Positions 43,804 through 52,595 of a stretch of 64,000 bases of DNA are shown piece by piece (the stretch's first letter is position 1; each line of letters starts with the position of its first letter). The position numbers and the translations under genes were made by a program. The notes below the pieces were generated by a model. The model worked only from the letters and a program-made list of their open reading frames with translations, made no database searches and was not told the DNA's origin. The DNA is from an uncultured Bacteroidota bacterium (GTDB lineage: Bacteria > Bacteroidota > Bacteroidia > JABEUT01), in contig CAIUPO010000051.1 in the NCBI GenBank assembly GCA_903901055.1, positions 8,312-72,311 of the forward strand, given 5' to 3'.

Positions 43804-44229
43804 TTACTTCCGTTTCAACCCTGCTTCTATCATTCCCTTCAGCACTTTCAAATCAATATCAGCCAGCTTATTTATATACACGCAACCCATGCCGGCCTTA
43901 TACTTGCCCAACTTTTCAAGCGCAGCAGAATGTTCGCCGGCATATGTACCGAAGTACAACGACAGGTTCGATTTGCGTGGTGCGAAGCCTATCCGCATCC
44001 AGTCCGCTTCGCGGCCTGTGGCTGTGCTTTTGTGCCTTTTGATACCAAACCCGATAAAGGAATTGCTCCAGAGTACAGGCTCTTCCTTGCTTGCTTTTTT
44101 CATCATTTCCAGCAGCACAAAACTGTCTTTGCGCTTCTGTTCATTGGTAATATTATTAATGAAATCAACTACGCTGTCTGCGGTTGGTTTTGTCTTGTTA
44201 TCGGCCAGTTTTGATTTTTTTTCAGCCAT
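43804..44229 (-). CDS. DUF1801 (YdhG-like) domain protein
   Basis: VVDFINNITNEQKRKDSFVLLEMMKKASKEEPVLWSNSFIGFG...SLYFG...LGKYKAGMGCVYINKL. Confidence 0.75.
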   Translation of the reverse strand: MAEKKSKLADNKTKPTADSVVDFINNITNEQKRKDSFVLLEMMKKASKEEPVLWSNSFIGFGIKRHKSTATGREADWMRIGFAPRKSNLSLYFGTYAGEHSAALEKLGKYKAGMGCVYINKLADIDLKVLKGMIEAGLKRK

Positions 44230-44462
44230 AATAAATTACTGTTTGTTGCAGATTCTAATCTGACAAATTTAAAAGAAATTTAAGCAACACCGACTGGCTT
44301 TTAAATTTTGTTTATACCCGTGTTAAAGCCCAAAATTGGTGTTGGGACTATTTATACTGCACTACAAATTGTCGGCTTATGAACGGCAATTATTACATAA
44401 TTACATATTAATATATAATAAATGCCACTACTTCGGTCCCACTAACTAGTGTCTTTTGTTCT

Positions 44463-44477
44463 CTGTTATCCCTGTTA
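44463..44477 (+). repeat. Two CTGTTA units (distal part of the iteron-like array)
   Basis: ctCTGTTAtccCTGTTAata. Confidence 0.6.
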
Positions 44478-44730
44478 ATATAAAAATTCTCCTTTGTAAT
44501 TTTTCAAGAGTTTGATTCTTAATTTCTAATTATTCGTAAAGCGTCTGTTTTAATATTTGAACTCATGAGGGCTTCGCCGTTACTAATTAAATACTGGTCA
44601 TTGACTTTTTCAAAAAACACTTTTCCATGAATTATCTTTGTATTCATGAACGTAAAATACCCTACCAAAGTGATTCAAAAATATTTACTAATCAGTAAAA
44701 ATAAAAAACTAATTATTGATATAAAATCTT

Positions 44731-44888
44731 CCTGTAATTTCCTGTTCTGCCCTGTTAATAACAGGAGGCTCATTTACAAGGTATTTATTATCAATAACTT
44801 AGGCCGAGCCCGAAAAATCAAAATTCCTGTTATTCTGCTATTATTTCCCCTGTTACCTCCTGTTACCTCTCTGTTATCTTTCCTGTTA
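44731..44888 (+). repeat. Phased CCTGT(T)A iteron-like array
   Basis: CCTGT occurs at 44731, 44741 and 44751 (exact 10-nt phase), with the palindrome CCTGTTAATAACAGG at 44751-44765. CTGTTA occurs at 44827, 44850, 44860, 44871 and 44883 (10-12 nt phase), with a variant CTGCTA at 44835. Confidence 0.75.
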
Positions 44889-44943
44889 TTTTTCAGGACT
44901 AATTTTATACCTAAAAAATATAAAAACAATTTCAAAAATATAC

Positions 44944-45096
44944 CTATTGCGCTCCCCACCTAATTATCTTCAGTAAGATGGCAATTACAGCAATTACAAG
45001 TAACCAGTGAATAAGGGTACCTAAATGGAATACGAAAAAACCCAATAACCATAATACTACCAATGCAACTGCAATAAAATATAGAAACCTGCCCAT
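44944..45096 (-). CDS. lmo0937-family small membrane protein (50 aa, below the ORF-track cutoff)
   Basis: Hand translation gives MGRFLYFIAVALVVLWLLGFFVFHLGTLIHWLLVIAVIAILLKIIRWGAQ*. The VLWLLGF...LIH.LLVIA motif and two-TM layout fit this family. Confidence 0.7.
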   Translation of the reverse strand: MGRFLYFIAVALVVLWLLGFFVFHLGTLIHWLLVIAVIAILLKIIRWGAQ

Positions 45097-45244
45097 ACCG
45101 TTTTGTATTGAATACTTTTAATTAAAATCCATGACAAATATAGGAACAAACCAACTAAGAAAGGAGATGAAATGTAACAACCTTTATGATGGATGTCATA
45201 ACACCGGCTAGCTCTTTAATGTATTTTTGTATCGATTTTTATTC

Positions 45245-45252
45245 TATGTTTG
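45245..45252 (+). promoter_or_regulatory. Bacteroidota-type -7 promoter element (TATGTTTG)
   Basis: Matches TAnnTTTG 58 nt upstream of the ATG at 45310. Confidence 0.4.
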
Positions 45253-45309
45253 TAGGGAATCATACAACTAATTCGCATCCTTAATATAAACCAATTAACA
45301 CATTTAAAC

Positions 45310-45723
45310 ATGAAAAAACTATTCTTTGCACTGTTCATTTTAACCTCTTCGGTTGCATTTTGCCAAACCACCGATGAAGAGTATAACTACCTAACCAAAG
45401 GATATGCCGTTCAGGTATCTTCCGGATTAGATATGAAAGCCGGATATTCCATAACAGACAAGGGAAATACCCCAATTGACCTTGGAACAACAATTACTGT
45501 AAACGTTAAGTATTTATACCGCACAACCGGCAATGTATATGCCGGAGCACTCCTTACTGTTAATGGCATGAAAGGCGCTACCAAATACTTTTGTGTGCCT
45601 GCACCGGGCTCTTCAATGACCCTGTGGAATAATACACTCTCGGCAATGCAGGCGGCTTATGGAAATGATAAAGCAGGATATGAAGCTATCATGTGGTCAT
45701 TAATGCACACCATTGGCGGGTAA
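45310..45723 (+). CDS. Hypothetical secreted protein
   Basis: Signal peptide MKKLFFALFILTSSVAFCQ, 137 aa, no recognised domain. Confidence 0.5.
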   Translation: MKKLFFALFILTSSVAFCQTTDEEYNYLTKGYAVQVSSGLDMKAGYSITDKGNTPIDLGTTITVNVKYLYRTTGNVYAGALLTVNGMKGATKYFCVPAPGSSMTLWNNTLSAMQAAYGNDKAGYEAIMWSLMHTIGG

Positions 45724-45751
45724 TTCAAAACCAATATTTTTTCATACTAAG

Positions 45752-45779
45752 AACCCTTGTAGAAATACAGGGGTTTTTA
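45752..45779. terminator. Bidirectional intrinsic terminator between convergent genes
   Basis: AACCCTTGTA-GAAA-TACAGGGGTT (10-bp stem with one G-T pair) followed by T5. Confidence 0.65.
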
Positions 45780-45783
45780 ATTT

Positions 45784-46902
45784 CTACTCCCCGAAAATAA
45801 TGTCAACCAGTTTTTGGGCATTACCGCGATTCGAGTAGATATTTTGCAATGTTGCTTTCCTTAGGTCTATTTCTGCTTGCGGAAATGGTATTCTGAAAAG
45901 TTCTTCAACAATGCGTTTCATTTCAGCAGCATCTTTAGCAACATGGCAAAACTTCTCGAGCCCGTTCCCCTCCACCATTTGAGGGTTAACAACACAATAG
46001 CGCCCGGCAAAAAGCGAATTAATAAGTTTATGCTTTATCCCTGTGGGCTGAAAGGTTGGAAGCACATTAATTTGAGCTTCGTGAATTAAGTTACGCAAGT
46101 CTGGCGAAGATGGTGAATCTATAAAATCGATGTTGGGTGAAGTGGTTTTATCCTGCAGGTAAGAAGCCTTGGTTCCCGCTATAATAAGGGGTATGGTTAA
46201 ATCGTTAAAAACTTCATTAATTAGAAACTCAGCAGCCTGAAGGTTTTCTTCTACGGTAAGATTGCCGTGATACAAAACGTATTCCCCTCTACCTGGTTTA
46301 GAGTCTATCTCATCGTGGTATATAAATGGCGGTATGTATTCTACGTTTGCAAATTGGGCTGAAAGCGTTGCATGGTCTCGCTCTGAAACAGAAAAAAGGC
46401 ATTTGGCACGGTCTAAATTCTTCTCGAAAACTTTCAGCCTCTCAGATTCTTTTTCATAATAGTACTTGCGCAATTTATGGGTTGTAGCCTTTGCCAGGTA
46501 CTCATAATACTCATGTTCCACATTATGCATCCGCACATAAAATGGTTTCTTTTTATAGCGCTCATCCATTAGTATTCCGCATGTATGAACACCCTCCAGC
46601 AAAACCGGGAATTTATCGGCAAAAATGCGGTCATACATTTTTTTATTCTCCCTGCTGAACACAATGTATGGATCAGTTTTGAAGAAAAACGGAAGCATAC
46701 TTTTACGGGGATAATAATAAATCTGCTCGCAATAGTTTTTGAGCTTGGCAGGTTTGCCACGGCCATATTCGAAGCAGTGCAAAATTATGCGGATGCCAAG
46801 GTGGTGCAGCGATTTCAGCCTGCAATACATATCAATAGCAGCGCCGTAATTTGGCGGATAGGGCACATCCAGATCGACAATATGTAAAAACCGCTCCTTC
46901 AT
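45784..46902 (-). CDS. Glycosyltransferase (GT-B, family 1/4-like)
   Basis: 372 aa. The N-terminal HIVDLDVPYPPNYGAAIDMY and the C-terminal TFQPTGIKHKLINSLFAGRYCV region resemble a GT1-type nucleotide-sugar site. Confidence 0.6.
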   Translation of the reverse strand: MKERFLHIVDLDVPYPPNYGAAIDMYCRLKSLHHLGIRIILHCFEYGRGKPAKLKNYCEQIYYYPRKSMLPFFFKTDPYIVFSRENKKMYDRIFADKFPVLLEGVHTCGILMDERYKKKPFYVRMHNVEHEYYEYLAKATTHKLRKYYYEKESERLKVFEKNLDRAKCLFSVSERDHATLSAQFANVEYIPPFIYHDEIDSKPGRGEYVLYHGNLTVEENLQAAEFLINEVFNDLTIPLIIAGTKASYLQDKTTSPNIDFIDSPSSPDLRNLIHEAQINVLPTFQPTGIKHKLINSLFAGRYCVVNPQMVEGNGLEKFCHVAKDAAEMKRIVEELFRIPFPQAEIDLRKATLQNIYSNRGNAQKLVDIIFGE

Positions 46903-46982
46903 TTATTTTCGCAAATTAAGTAAATCCTAAGCTTTTAACCGGTTTGCAAATCAACAAAATTGTTTGAATGGGCTATTAATTC

Positions 46983-46990
46983 TATTTTTG
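46983..46990 (+). promoter_or_regulatory. Bacteroidota-type -7 promoter element (TATTTTTG)
   Basis: Matches TAnnTTTG 38 nt upstream of the ATG at 47028. Confidence 0.45.
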
Positions 46991-47027
46991 AGGTCGTTTA
47001 ATACCCTCATCCAGACACTATACCGGA

Positions 47028-48485
47028 ATGCATACCCTCCGAAAAATCCTTTTAAAAAATCCTTCCTCACAAGGGCTCTGGTTGGCGTTAGGATTACTTT
47101 TTAAAGGAATCCTGCCATTCATCTGGTTGTTACATAGCCACCCTATCTGCGAAATACCGGGCTTTTGGGGAGGGACCGGTGGCGATACATCTTCCTACTT
47201 AAAACCCATTGACAATTGGCTTGCCCATGGAATATACACCCCAGACTTCCGTATGCCGGGCTATGGTTTGGTTTATCTTATTTTCCGGTTAATAACTCCA
47301 ACAGCTATTGCTTGTAATATTATACTTATTCTTCAGTACCTGATGGCCTCCATCAGTATTTATATCCTCGCCATTACGGCAAAAAACATCTTTGGCAACA
47401 ACAGGATATTTTATATTAGTTTTTACTTTTTACTCATCAGCAATTTCCAAAACTATTTCGACGGATTCATTCAGACAGAGAGCTTGTGTACCTCATTTTT
47501 AATATTCTCGGCCTGGTTCTTCACAAACTATATCCATACAAAAAGGTTTTTGCATCTTTTTCTTTCTTCTATTTTCCTTGGGTGGGCAGTCTTTATGCGC
47601 CCGGGTTTTGCATTATTGCTCCCTGCTTTTGCTTTGCTAATATTATTTCAAAAGAAAGGAGAAATCCGCAGAAATATCAAATATGGTTTTCTGTTTCTAC
47701 TGCCCTTTCTTATTGCCGACAGTTTTTGGACCTACCGGAATTATGTTCATTTCAAAAAAATAGTTCCATTGGCATACATTGGCAATTACCCCAATGTTGC
47801 CGAGAGTTATCTACAACCCATGTTTTACTTTACCCAATCTTGGGGAGGGGCTTATTCCTTTGGGGATAAAGAACCCGATTTAAGCTGGTTCGACTATTCG
47901 TACCCGGGAAGAATTAAACCTTTGAAGTACGACTCACTCCCTGATGATATATATACCTCCAAGTATAATAAAGACAGCCTTCTACACTTGAAGAAGCTTA
48001 TCATTGCTTTGCAAAACCCTTTAACCGATTCATTCACTGCCAAGCTATATCAAAAAGAATTGATTTCAAAATTCAACCACTATAAGGCCTCCTTTCAAAA
48101 GGAAAAACCTTTTACCTATTATGTAGCAACACCAATAAGATTAACAGGAATCTTTTTATATGGTGCTTACACAAAAAAATACCTCGACAGGGGCCAAACC
48201 CTTGGCCAATTAAATCCAATTATGCGTATATTCAGCACAACGCTTTATTTGGGCACCCTCCTATTTGGCTTAATTGGAATGATTTTCCTTTTATGGGCTG
48301 GATTAAGGAAAAATATCTTATTCGTTCTGATTGCTCTATTCCCGCTCTATACGATACTTATCCACCCTATTTTCTTAAGAGTTCCCGACACCCGATTCTT
48401 TTCTCCCACCTGGTCTTTCCTTATTGTTTGCGCTGCTTTTTCAATTTCAAAAATTGTTAAAAACCCAAACCTAAATAATAAGTGA
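47028..48485 (+). CDS. Polytopic membrane protein, GT-C-like (ArnT/PMT-type) candidate glycosyltransferase
   Basis: 485 aa with >=10 TM helices. The first loop contains GGDTSSYLKPIDNWLAHG. Divergent from a GT-B gene. The assignment is tentative. Confidence 0.45.
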   Translation: MHTLRKILLKNPSSQGLWLALGLLFKGILPFIWLLHSHPICEIPGFWGGTGGDTSSYLKPIDNWLAHGIYTPDFRMPGYGLVYLIFRLITPTAIACNIILILQYLMASISIYILAITAKNIFGNNRIFYISFYFLLISNFQNYFDGFIQTESLCTSFLIFSAWFFTNYIHTKRFLHLFLSSIFLGWAVFMRPGFALLLPAFALLILFQKKGEIRRNIKYGFLFLLPFLIADSFWTYRNYVHFKKIVPLAYIGNYPNVAESYLQPMFYFTQSWGGAYSFGDKEPDLSWFDYSYPGRIKPLKYDSLPDDIYTSKYNKDSLLHLKKLIIALQNPLTDSFTAKLYQKELISKFNHYKASFQKEKPFTYYVATPIRLTGIFLYGAYTKKYLDRGQTLGQLNPIMRIFSTTLYLGTLLFGLIGMIFLLWAGLRKNILFVLIALFPLYTILIHPIFLRVPDTRFFSPTWSFLIVCAAFSISKIVKNPNLNNK

Positions 48486-48573
48486 ATAAGGTTATCCCCA
48501 ATATCAATTGCCCCTAATTCATTAAAAGTGCATTCATCAAAGGGTCAAGAGGTAACGATTCCGCCTTTTTTTT

Positions 48574-48581
48574 TACTTTTG
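48574..48581 (+). promoter_or_regulatory. Bacteroidota-type -7 promoter element (TACTTTTG) preceded by a T9 tract
   Basis: Matches TAnnTTTG 20 nt upstream of the ATG at 48602. The T9 run is at 48566-48574. Confidence 0.45.
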
Positions 48582-48601
48582 CAGCCTTTATTTAAACATA
48601 G

Positions 48602-49192
48602 ATGGGTTCAGAAAGTGATATATACGTACATCCTACAGCTATTGTTGACGAAGGTTGTAAAATTGGAGAAGGCAGCAAAATATGGCACTTCTGCCATGTT
48701 ATGGCAAATGCGGTAATTGGTAAAAAATGTAGTTTAGGCCAGAATGTGATGGTTGCACCGGGGGTTATTCTTGGCAATAATGTTAAGGTACAAAATAATG
48801 TTTCCATTTATGAAGGGGTAGTATGTGAAGATGATGTGTTTTTAGGCCCTTCAATGGTGTTCACAAACATTACAAATCCACGCAGTGCAATTGTCCGCAA
48901 AGGGCAATATGCTAAAACCAAAGTTCATAAAGGTGCAACCATAGGTGCAAATTCGACAATAGTCTGCGGACATGATATTGGCGAATTTGGATTTATTGGA
49001 GCCGGCGCAGTTGTAACAAGAAGTGTTAAACCTTACGCGTTAATGGTGGGGAATCCTGCCAGGCAAATTGGATGGATGAGTGAATATGGACATCGGCTTC
49101 ATTTTGATGCAGATGGTATTGCTACTTGTTCTGAAAGTAAAGAAAAATATAAATTAGAGAACGGACACGTCAGTAAAATTACCACTGCCTGA
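48602..49192 (+). CDS. wbpD: UDP-2-acetamido-3-amino-2,3-dideoxy-glucuronate N-acetyltransferase-like (WbpD/WlbB type LbH)
   Basis: IHPTAIVDEGCKIGEGSKIWHFCHVM...LGQNV...VFTNITNPR...GANSTIVCG...GAGAVVT...GNPARQIGWMSEYGHRL. Confidence 0.8.
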   Translation: MGSESDIYVHPTAIVDEGCKIGEGSKIWHFCHVMANAVIGKKCSLGQNVMVAPGVILGNNVKVQNNVSIYEGVVCEDDVFLGPSMVFTNITNPRSAIVRKGQYAKTKVHKGATIGANSTIVCGHDIGEFGFIGAGAVVTRSVKPYALMVGNPARQIGWMSEYGHRLHFDADGIATCSESKEKYKLENGHVSKITTA

Positions 49193-49193
49193 A

Positions 49194-50210
49194 ATGAGTG
49201 TGAATAAAATAAAATTTGCTGTTATTGGTTGCGGGCATATTGGGAAACGCCATGCGGAAATGATTAGCAGAAATAATGATACAGAATTGGTAGCCCTCTG
49301 CGATATTTTAACCGAAGAACAAACCGGAGTTTCAAAATTTGAAGTGCCCTATTTTAATTCAGTTGATGATATGCTTGCATCGTGTGATATTGATGTAGTA
49401 AGCGTTTGCACCCCCAATGGATTACATGCTGAACATGCCTTGAAAGCCCTTGAAGCTAAAAAACATGTTGTATGCGAAAAACCAATGGCGTTAAAAAAGT
49501 CAGATTGTGAGACCATTATTTTTAAAGCCCTTCAGGCACACAAGCAAGTTTTTTGTGTTATGCAAAACCGCTATTCACCTCCGGCCGAATGGCTCAAAAA
49601 ACTGGTAGAATCAAAAGCATTAGGTGGTATTTTCATGGTTCAACTCGATTGCTATTGGAACCGCGATGAACGCTATTATAAACCCAATACCTGGAAAGGC
49701 AGAAAAGATATGGATGGCGGGGTTTTATTTACCCAGTTCTCACATTTTATTGATTTAATGTACTGGCTATTCGGTGATATATACGATATCAAAGGCCAAT
49801 TTAACAACTTTACTCATTCAAAAAATACGGAGTTTGACGATAGCGGCAGCGTTAGTTATAAATTTTTGAAGGAAGGTATCGGCAACCTTAATTTCTCAAC
49901 CTCTGTTTGGGATCATAACTTCGAAAGCAGTTTAACAATAGTAGCTGAAAACGGAACAGTTAAATTAGGCGGACAGTATATGGATATTATAGAATATTGC
50001 CATGTTAAAAATGTGGAACAGCCAAACCTCCCTCCTACCAACCCTGCTAATGATTACGGACATTATAAAGGCTCTGCTGCAAACCATCACTACGTAATTG
50101 AAAATGTGGTTAACACCTTAAAAAATGGCTCTACTGCATCCACTAATGCTTTGGAAGGTATGAAAGTAGTTGAAATAATTGAACGGATTTACGCATCAAA
50201 ACAACAATAA
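49194..50210 (+). CDS. wbpB: Gfo/Idh/MocA oxidoreductase (WbpB/WlbA-like)
   Basis: KFAVIGCGHIGKRH Rossmann motif, the EKP motif (VCEKPMAL) and adjacency to the wbpD-like gene. Confidence 0.75.
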   Translation: MSVNKIKFAVIGCGHIGKRHAEMISRNNDTELVALCDILTEEQTGVSKFEVPYFNSVDDMLASCDIDVVSVCTPNGLHAEHALKALEAKKHVVCEKPMALKKSDCETIIFKALQAHKQVFCVMQNRYSPPAEWLKKLVESKALGGIFMVQLDCYWNRDERYYKPNTWKGRKDMDGGVLFTQFSHFIDLMYWLFGDIYDIKGQFNNFTHSKNTEFDDSGSVSYKFLKEGIGNLNFSTSVWDHNFESSLTIVAENGTVKLGGQYMDIIEYCHVKNVEQPNLPPTNPANDYGHYKGSAANHHYVIENVVNTLKNGSTASTNALEGMKVVEIIERIYASKQQ

Positions 50211-50212
50211 CC

Positions 50213-51502
50213 ATGTATCAGGATATCATCGACAAAAAAGCAAAAGTTTCCTTAATCGGATTGGGATATGTAGGTCTGCCAATTGCCCTTGCCTTCGCTA
50301 GGAAAGTATCGGTAATCGGTTTCGACATTAACAAGGAACGAATCGAACTGATGAAGAAAGGAATTGACCCAAGCGGGGAACTGAAACCAGAAGAATTTAA
50401 GGGCTGCGATATAGAATTTACGGATTCGTTGGAGGTATTAAAGACAGCGAATTTTCATATTGTGGCAGTACCAACCCCTGTTGATCAAGCCAACCAACCT
50501 GACCTTACACCTGTGTTAAAAGCAAGTGAAAGCATTGGAAAGGTTCTAAAGAAAGGAGATTATGTAGTGTATGAATCCACAGTATACCCGGGGTGCACAG
50601 AGGAGGATTGTGTTCCAGTTCTTGAAAAATTCTCAGGACTTAAAGTAGGCGTAGATTTCAAGGTAGGGTACTCTCCTGAGCGTATCAATCCGGGAGATAA
50701 AGTACATACTATAACCAAGATTTTAAAAATTGTTTCAGGCTGCGATGCTGAAGCATTGGATAATATTGCAAAAACATATTCAATCATTGTTGAACCGGGT
50801 GTTCATAAAGCTTCCTCCATCAAGGTTGCTGAGGCTGCGAAGATTATTGAAAACACCCAGCGTGATGTTAACATCGCACTGATGAATGAGCTTTCACTCA
50901 TATTCAGCAGGCTTGAAATTAATACCTACGAAGTGCTTGAGGCAGCCGGAACCAAATGGAATTTTTTAAAGTTCTCACCGGGTCTTGTAGGCGGCCACTG
51001 CATAGGTGTTGACCCATATTATCTTATTCATAAGGCTGAGGCATTGGGTTATCACACACATGTTATTAACTCAGGCCGTTATGTTAATGACTCCATGGGA
51101 TTTTATGTTGCAAAAACCACTGTGAAGAAAATCATTGCCACAGGAAAAGACATTTCCAAGGCTAAAGTTTTAGTGATGGGTGCTACTTTTAAGGAAGATG
51201 TGAAAGATATTCGCAATTCCCGCGTTGCAGATGTGGTTAAGGAGTTAAAATCATTTTCATTGACTGTTGATGTAACCGATCCTTTGGCCGACTCTCACGA
51301 ATTGATGGAAGAATATGGTTTTGCATTGACAGATAAAATTTCCAATAATTACGACGCTGTTATTGTTGCCGTAAACCACAAACAGTATCTTGATTACAAC
51401 GAAGATTTCTTCTCATCCATACTTACTCCGCAAGGTGTTGTTACAGATGTAAAGGGCATTTATCGCGGCAGGATTAAGAACTTTGGATACTGGAGCTTAT
51501 AA
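50213..51502 (+). CDS. wbpA: UDP-N-acetyl-hexosamine 6-dehydrogenase (WbpA/TviB/WecC family)
   Basis: VSLIGLGYVGLPIA Rossmann motif and the catalytic GGHCIGVDPYY. 429 aa. Confidence 0.8.
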   Translation: MYQDIIDKKAKVSLIGLGYVGLPIALAFARKVSVIGFDINKERIELMKKGIDPSGELKPEEFKGCDIEFTDSLEVLKTANFHIVAVPTPVDQANQPDLTPVLKASESIGKVLKKGDYVVYESTVYPGCTEEDCVPVLEKFSGLKVGVDFKVGYSPERINPGDKVHTITKILKIVSGCDAEALDNIAKTYSIIVEPGVHKASSIKVAEAAKIIENTQRDVNIALMNELSLIFSRLEINTYEVLEAAGTKWNFLKFSPGLVGGHCIGVDPYYLIHKAEALGYHTHVINSGRYVNDSMGFYVAKTTVKKIIATGKDISKAKVLVMGATFKEDVKDIRNSRVADVVKELKSFSLTVDVTDPLADSHELMEEYGFALTDKISNNYDAVIVAVNHKQYLDYNEDFFSSILTPQGVVTDVKGIYRGRIKNFGYWSL

Positions 51503-51511
51503 TAAACTACC

Positions 51512-52573
51512 ATGAGAGATTTAAAGAACATATTAATCACAGGAGGGGCCGGATTCATTGGCTCTCATGTGGTACGCCGTTTTGTAACTAATTATCCGGG
51601 TTCTAAAATTGTGAACCTCGATAAACTTACTTATGCGGGAAATCTGGAAAACCTTACTGACATTGAGAATAAACCCAACTACAGTTTTGTTAAAGGAGAT
51701 ATTGTTGATGGTGCATTTATTGATGAACTTTTCAAAAAACATCAGTTTGACGGTGTAATTCACCTGGCAGCTGAATCGCATGTTGATAGGTCCATCTCCA
51801 ACCCGACCGAGTTTGCAATGACCAATGTTATTGGTACAATCAACCTATTGAATGCAGCTAAAAAATATTGGGCGGGTAATTACGAAAACTGTTTATTCTA
51901 CCATGTTTCTACCGATGAAGTATATGGTTCCTTAGGTGAGGAAGGTTTGTTTTCTGAATACACACCTTACGATCCACGCAGCCCCTACTCCGCTTCCAAA
52001 GCCAGTGCCGACCATTTTGTATTTGCATATTTCCATACCTATGGATTGCCAATAGTTATGTCAAACTGTTCAAACAACTACGGGCCAAACCATTTCCCGG
52101 AAAAGCTCATTCCCCTTGCCATACATAACATAAAAGAAATGAAACCTGTACCTGTTTATGGTAAAGGTGAAAACATCCGTGACTGGCTGTATGTAGAAGA
52201 CCATGCCTCTGCCATTGACCTTGCATTTCACAAAGGACAAATCGGTGAGAAATATAACATCGGTGGCAACAACGAATGGAAAAATATTGAACTCATCCAA
52301 TTGCTCTGCGATATTATGGATAAGAAGTTGAACCGCCCAATGGGTACATCAGCTAGCCTTATAACTTTTGTGAAAGACCGTGCCGGACATGACCTGCGTT
52401 ATGCCATAGACTCATCCAAAATACAAACTGAACTCGGCTGGCAACCATCTTTGGTTTTTGAACGCGGCCTTGCCAAAACTGTAGACTGGTACCTAAGCAA
52501 TGAAAAATGGCTGAATGATGTTACCTCTGGCGAATACCAGAAATACTATAAGGGGCAATACGAGGAGAGGTAG
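51512..52573 (+). CDS. rfbB: dTDP-glucose 4,6-dehydratase
   Basis: GGAGFIGSH, HLAAESHVDRS, STDEVYG, YSASKAS (YxxxK) and NNYGPNHFPEKLIP. Confidence 0.92.
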   Translation: MRDLKNILITGGAGFIGSHVVRRFVTNYPGSKIVNLDKLTYAGNLENLTDIENKPNYSFVKGDIVDGAFIDELFKKHQFDGVIHLAAESHVDRSISNPTEFAMTNVIGTINLLNAAKKYWAGNYENCLFYHVSTDEVYGSLGEEGLFSEYTPYDPRSPYSASKASADHFVFAYFHTYGLPIVMSNCSNNYGPNHFPEKLIPLAIHNIKEMKPVPVYGKGENIRDWLYVEDHASAIDLAFHKGQIGEKYNIGGNNEWKNIELIQLLCDIMDKKLNRPMGTSASLITFVKDRAGHDLRYAIDSSKIQTELGWQPSLVFERGLAKTVDWYLSNEKWLNDVTSGEYQKYYKGQYEER

Positions 52574-52595
52574 GGAGATTTATTATTCAATAGCA

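Noticed and set aside
43765-44263. Listed plus-strand ORFs 43765-44214 and 43889-44263
   Set aside because: They are antisense to the DUF1801 gene, which has a clear family signature. They have no motifs of their own.
43696-44295. An 11-bp perfect inverted repeat, AGTCGGTGTTG (43696-43706) / CAACACCGACT (44285-44295), flanking the DUF1801 gene, considered as possible cassette or MITE ends
   Set aside because: A rough estimate is 600 x 600 position pairs divided by 4^11, or about 0.1. A match this short is therefore not convincingly non-random. The similarity does not extend clearly beyond it, and there are no target-site duplications.
44646-44963. Listed ORFs 44646-44963 (+) and 44774-44959 (-)
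   Set aside because: Both run through the CTGTTA repeat array and give low-complexity translations (LLLFPLLPPVTSLLSFLLFF; NREVTGGNRGNNSRITG). The real small gene here is the 50-aa ORF at 44944-45096 (-).
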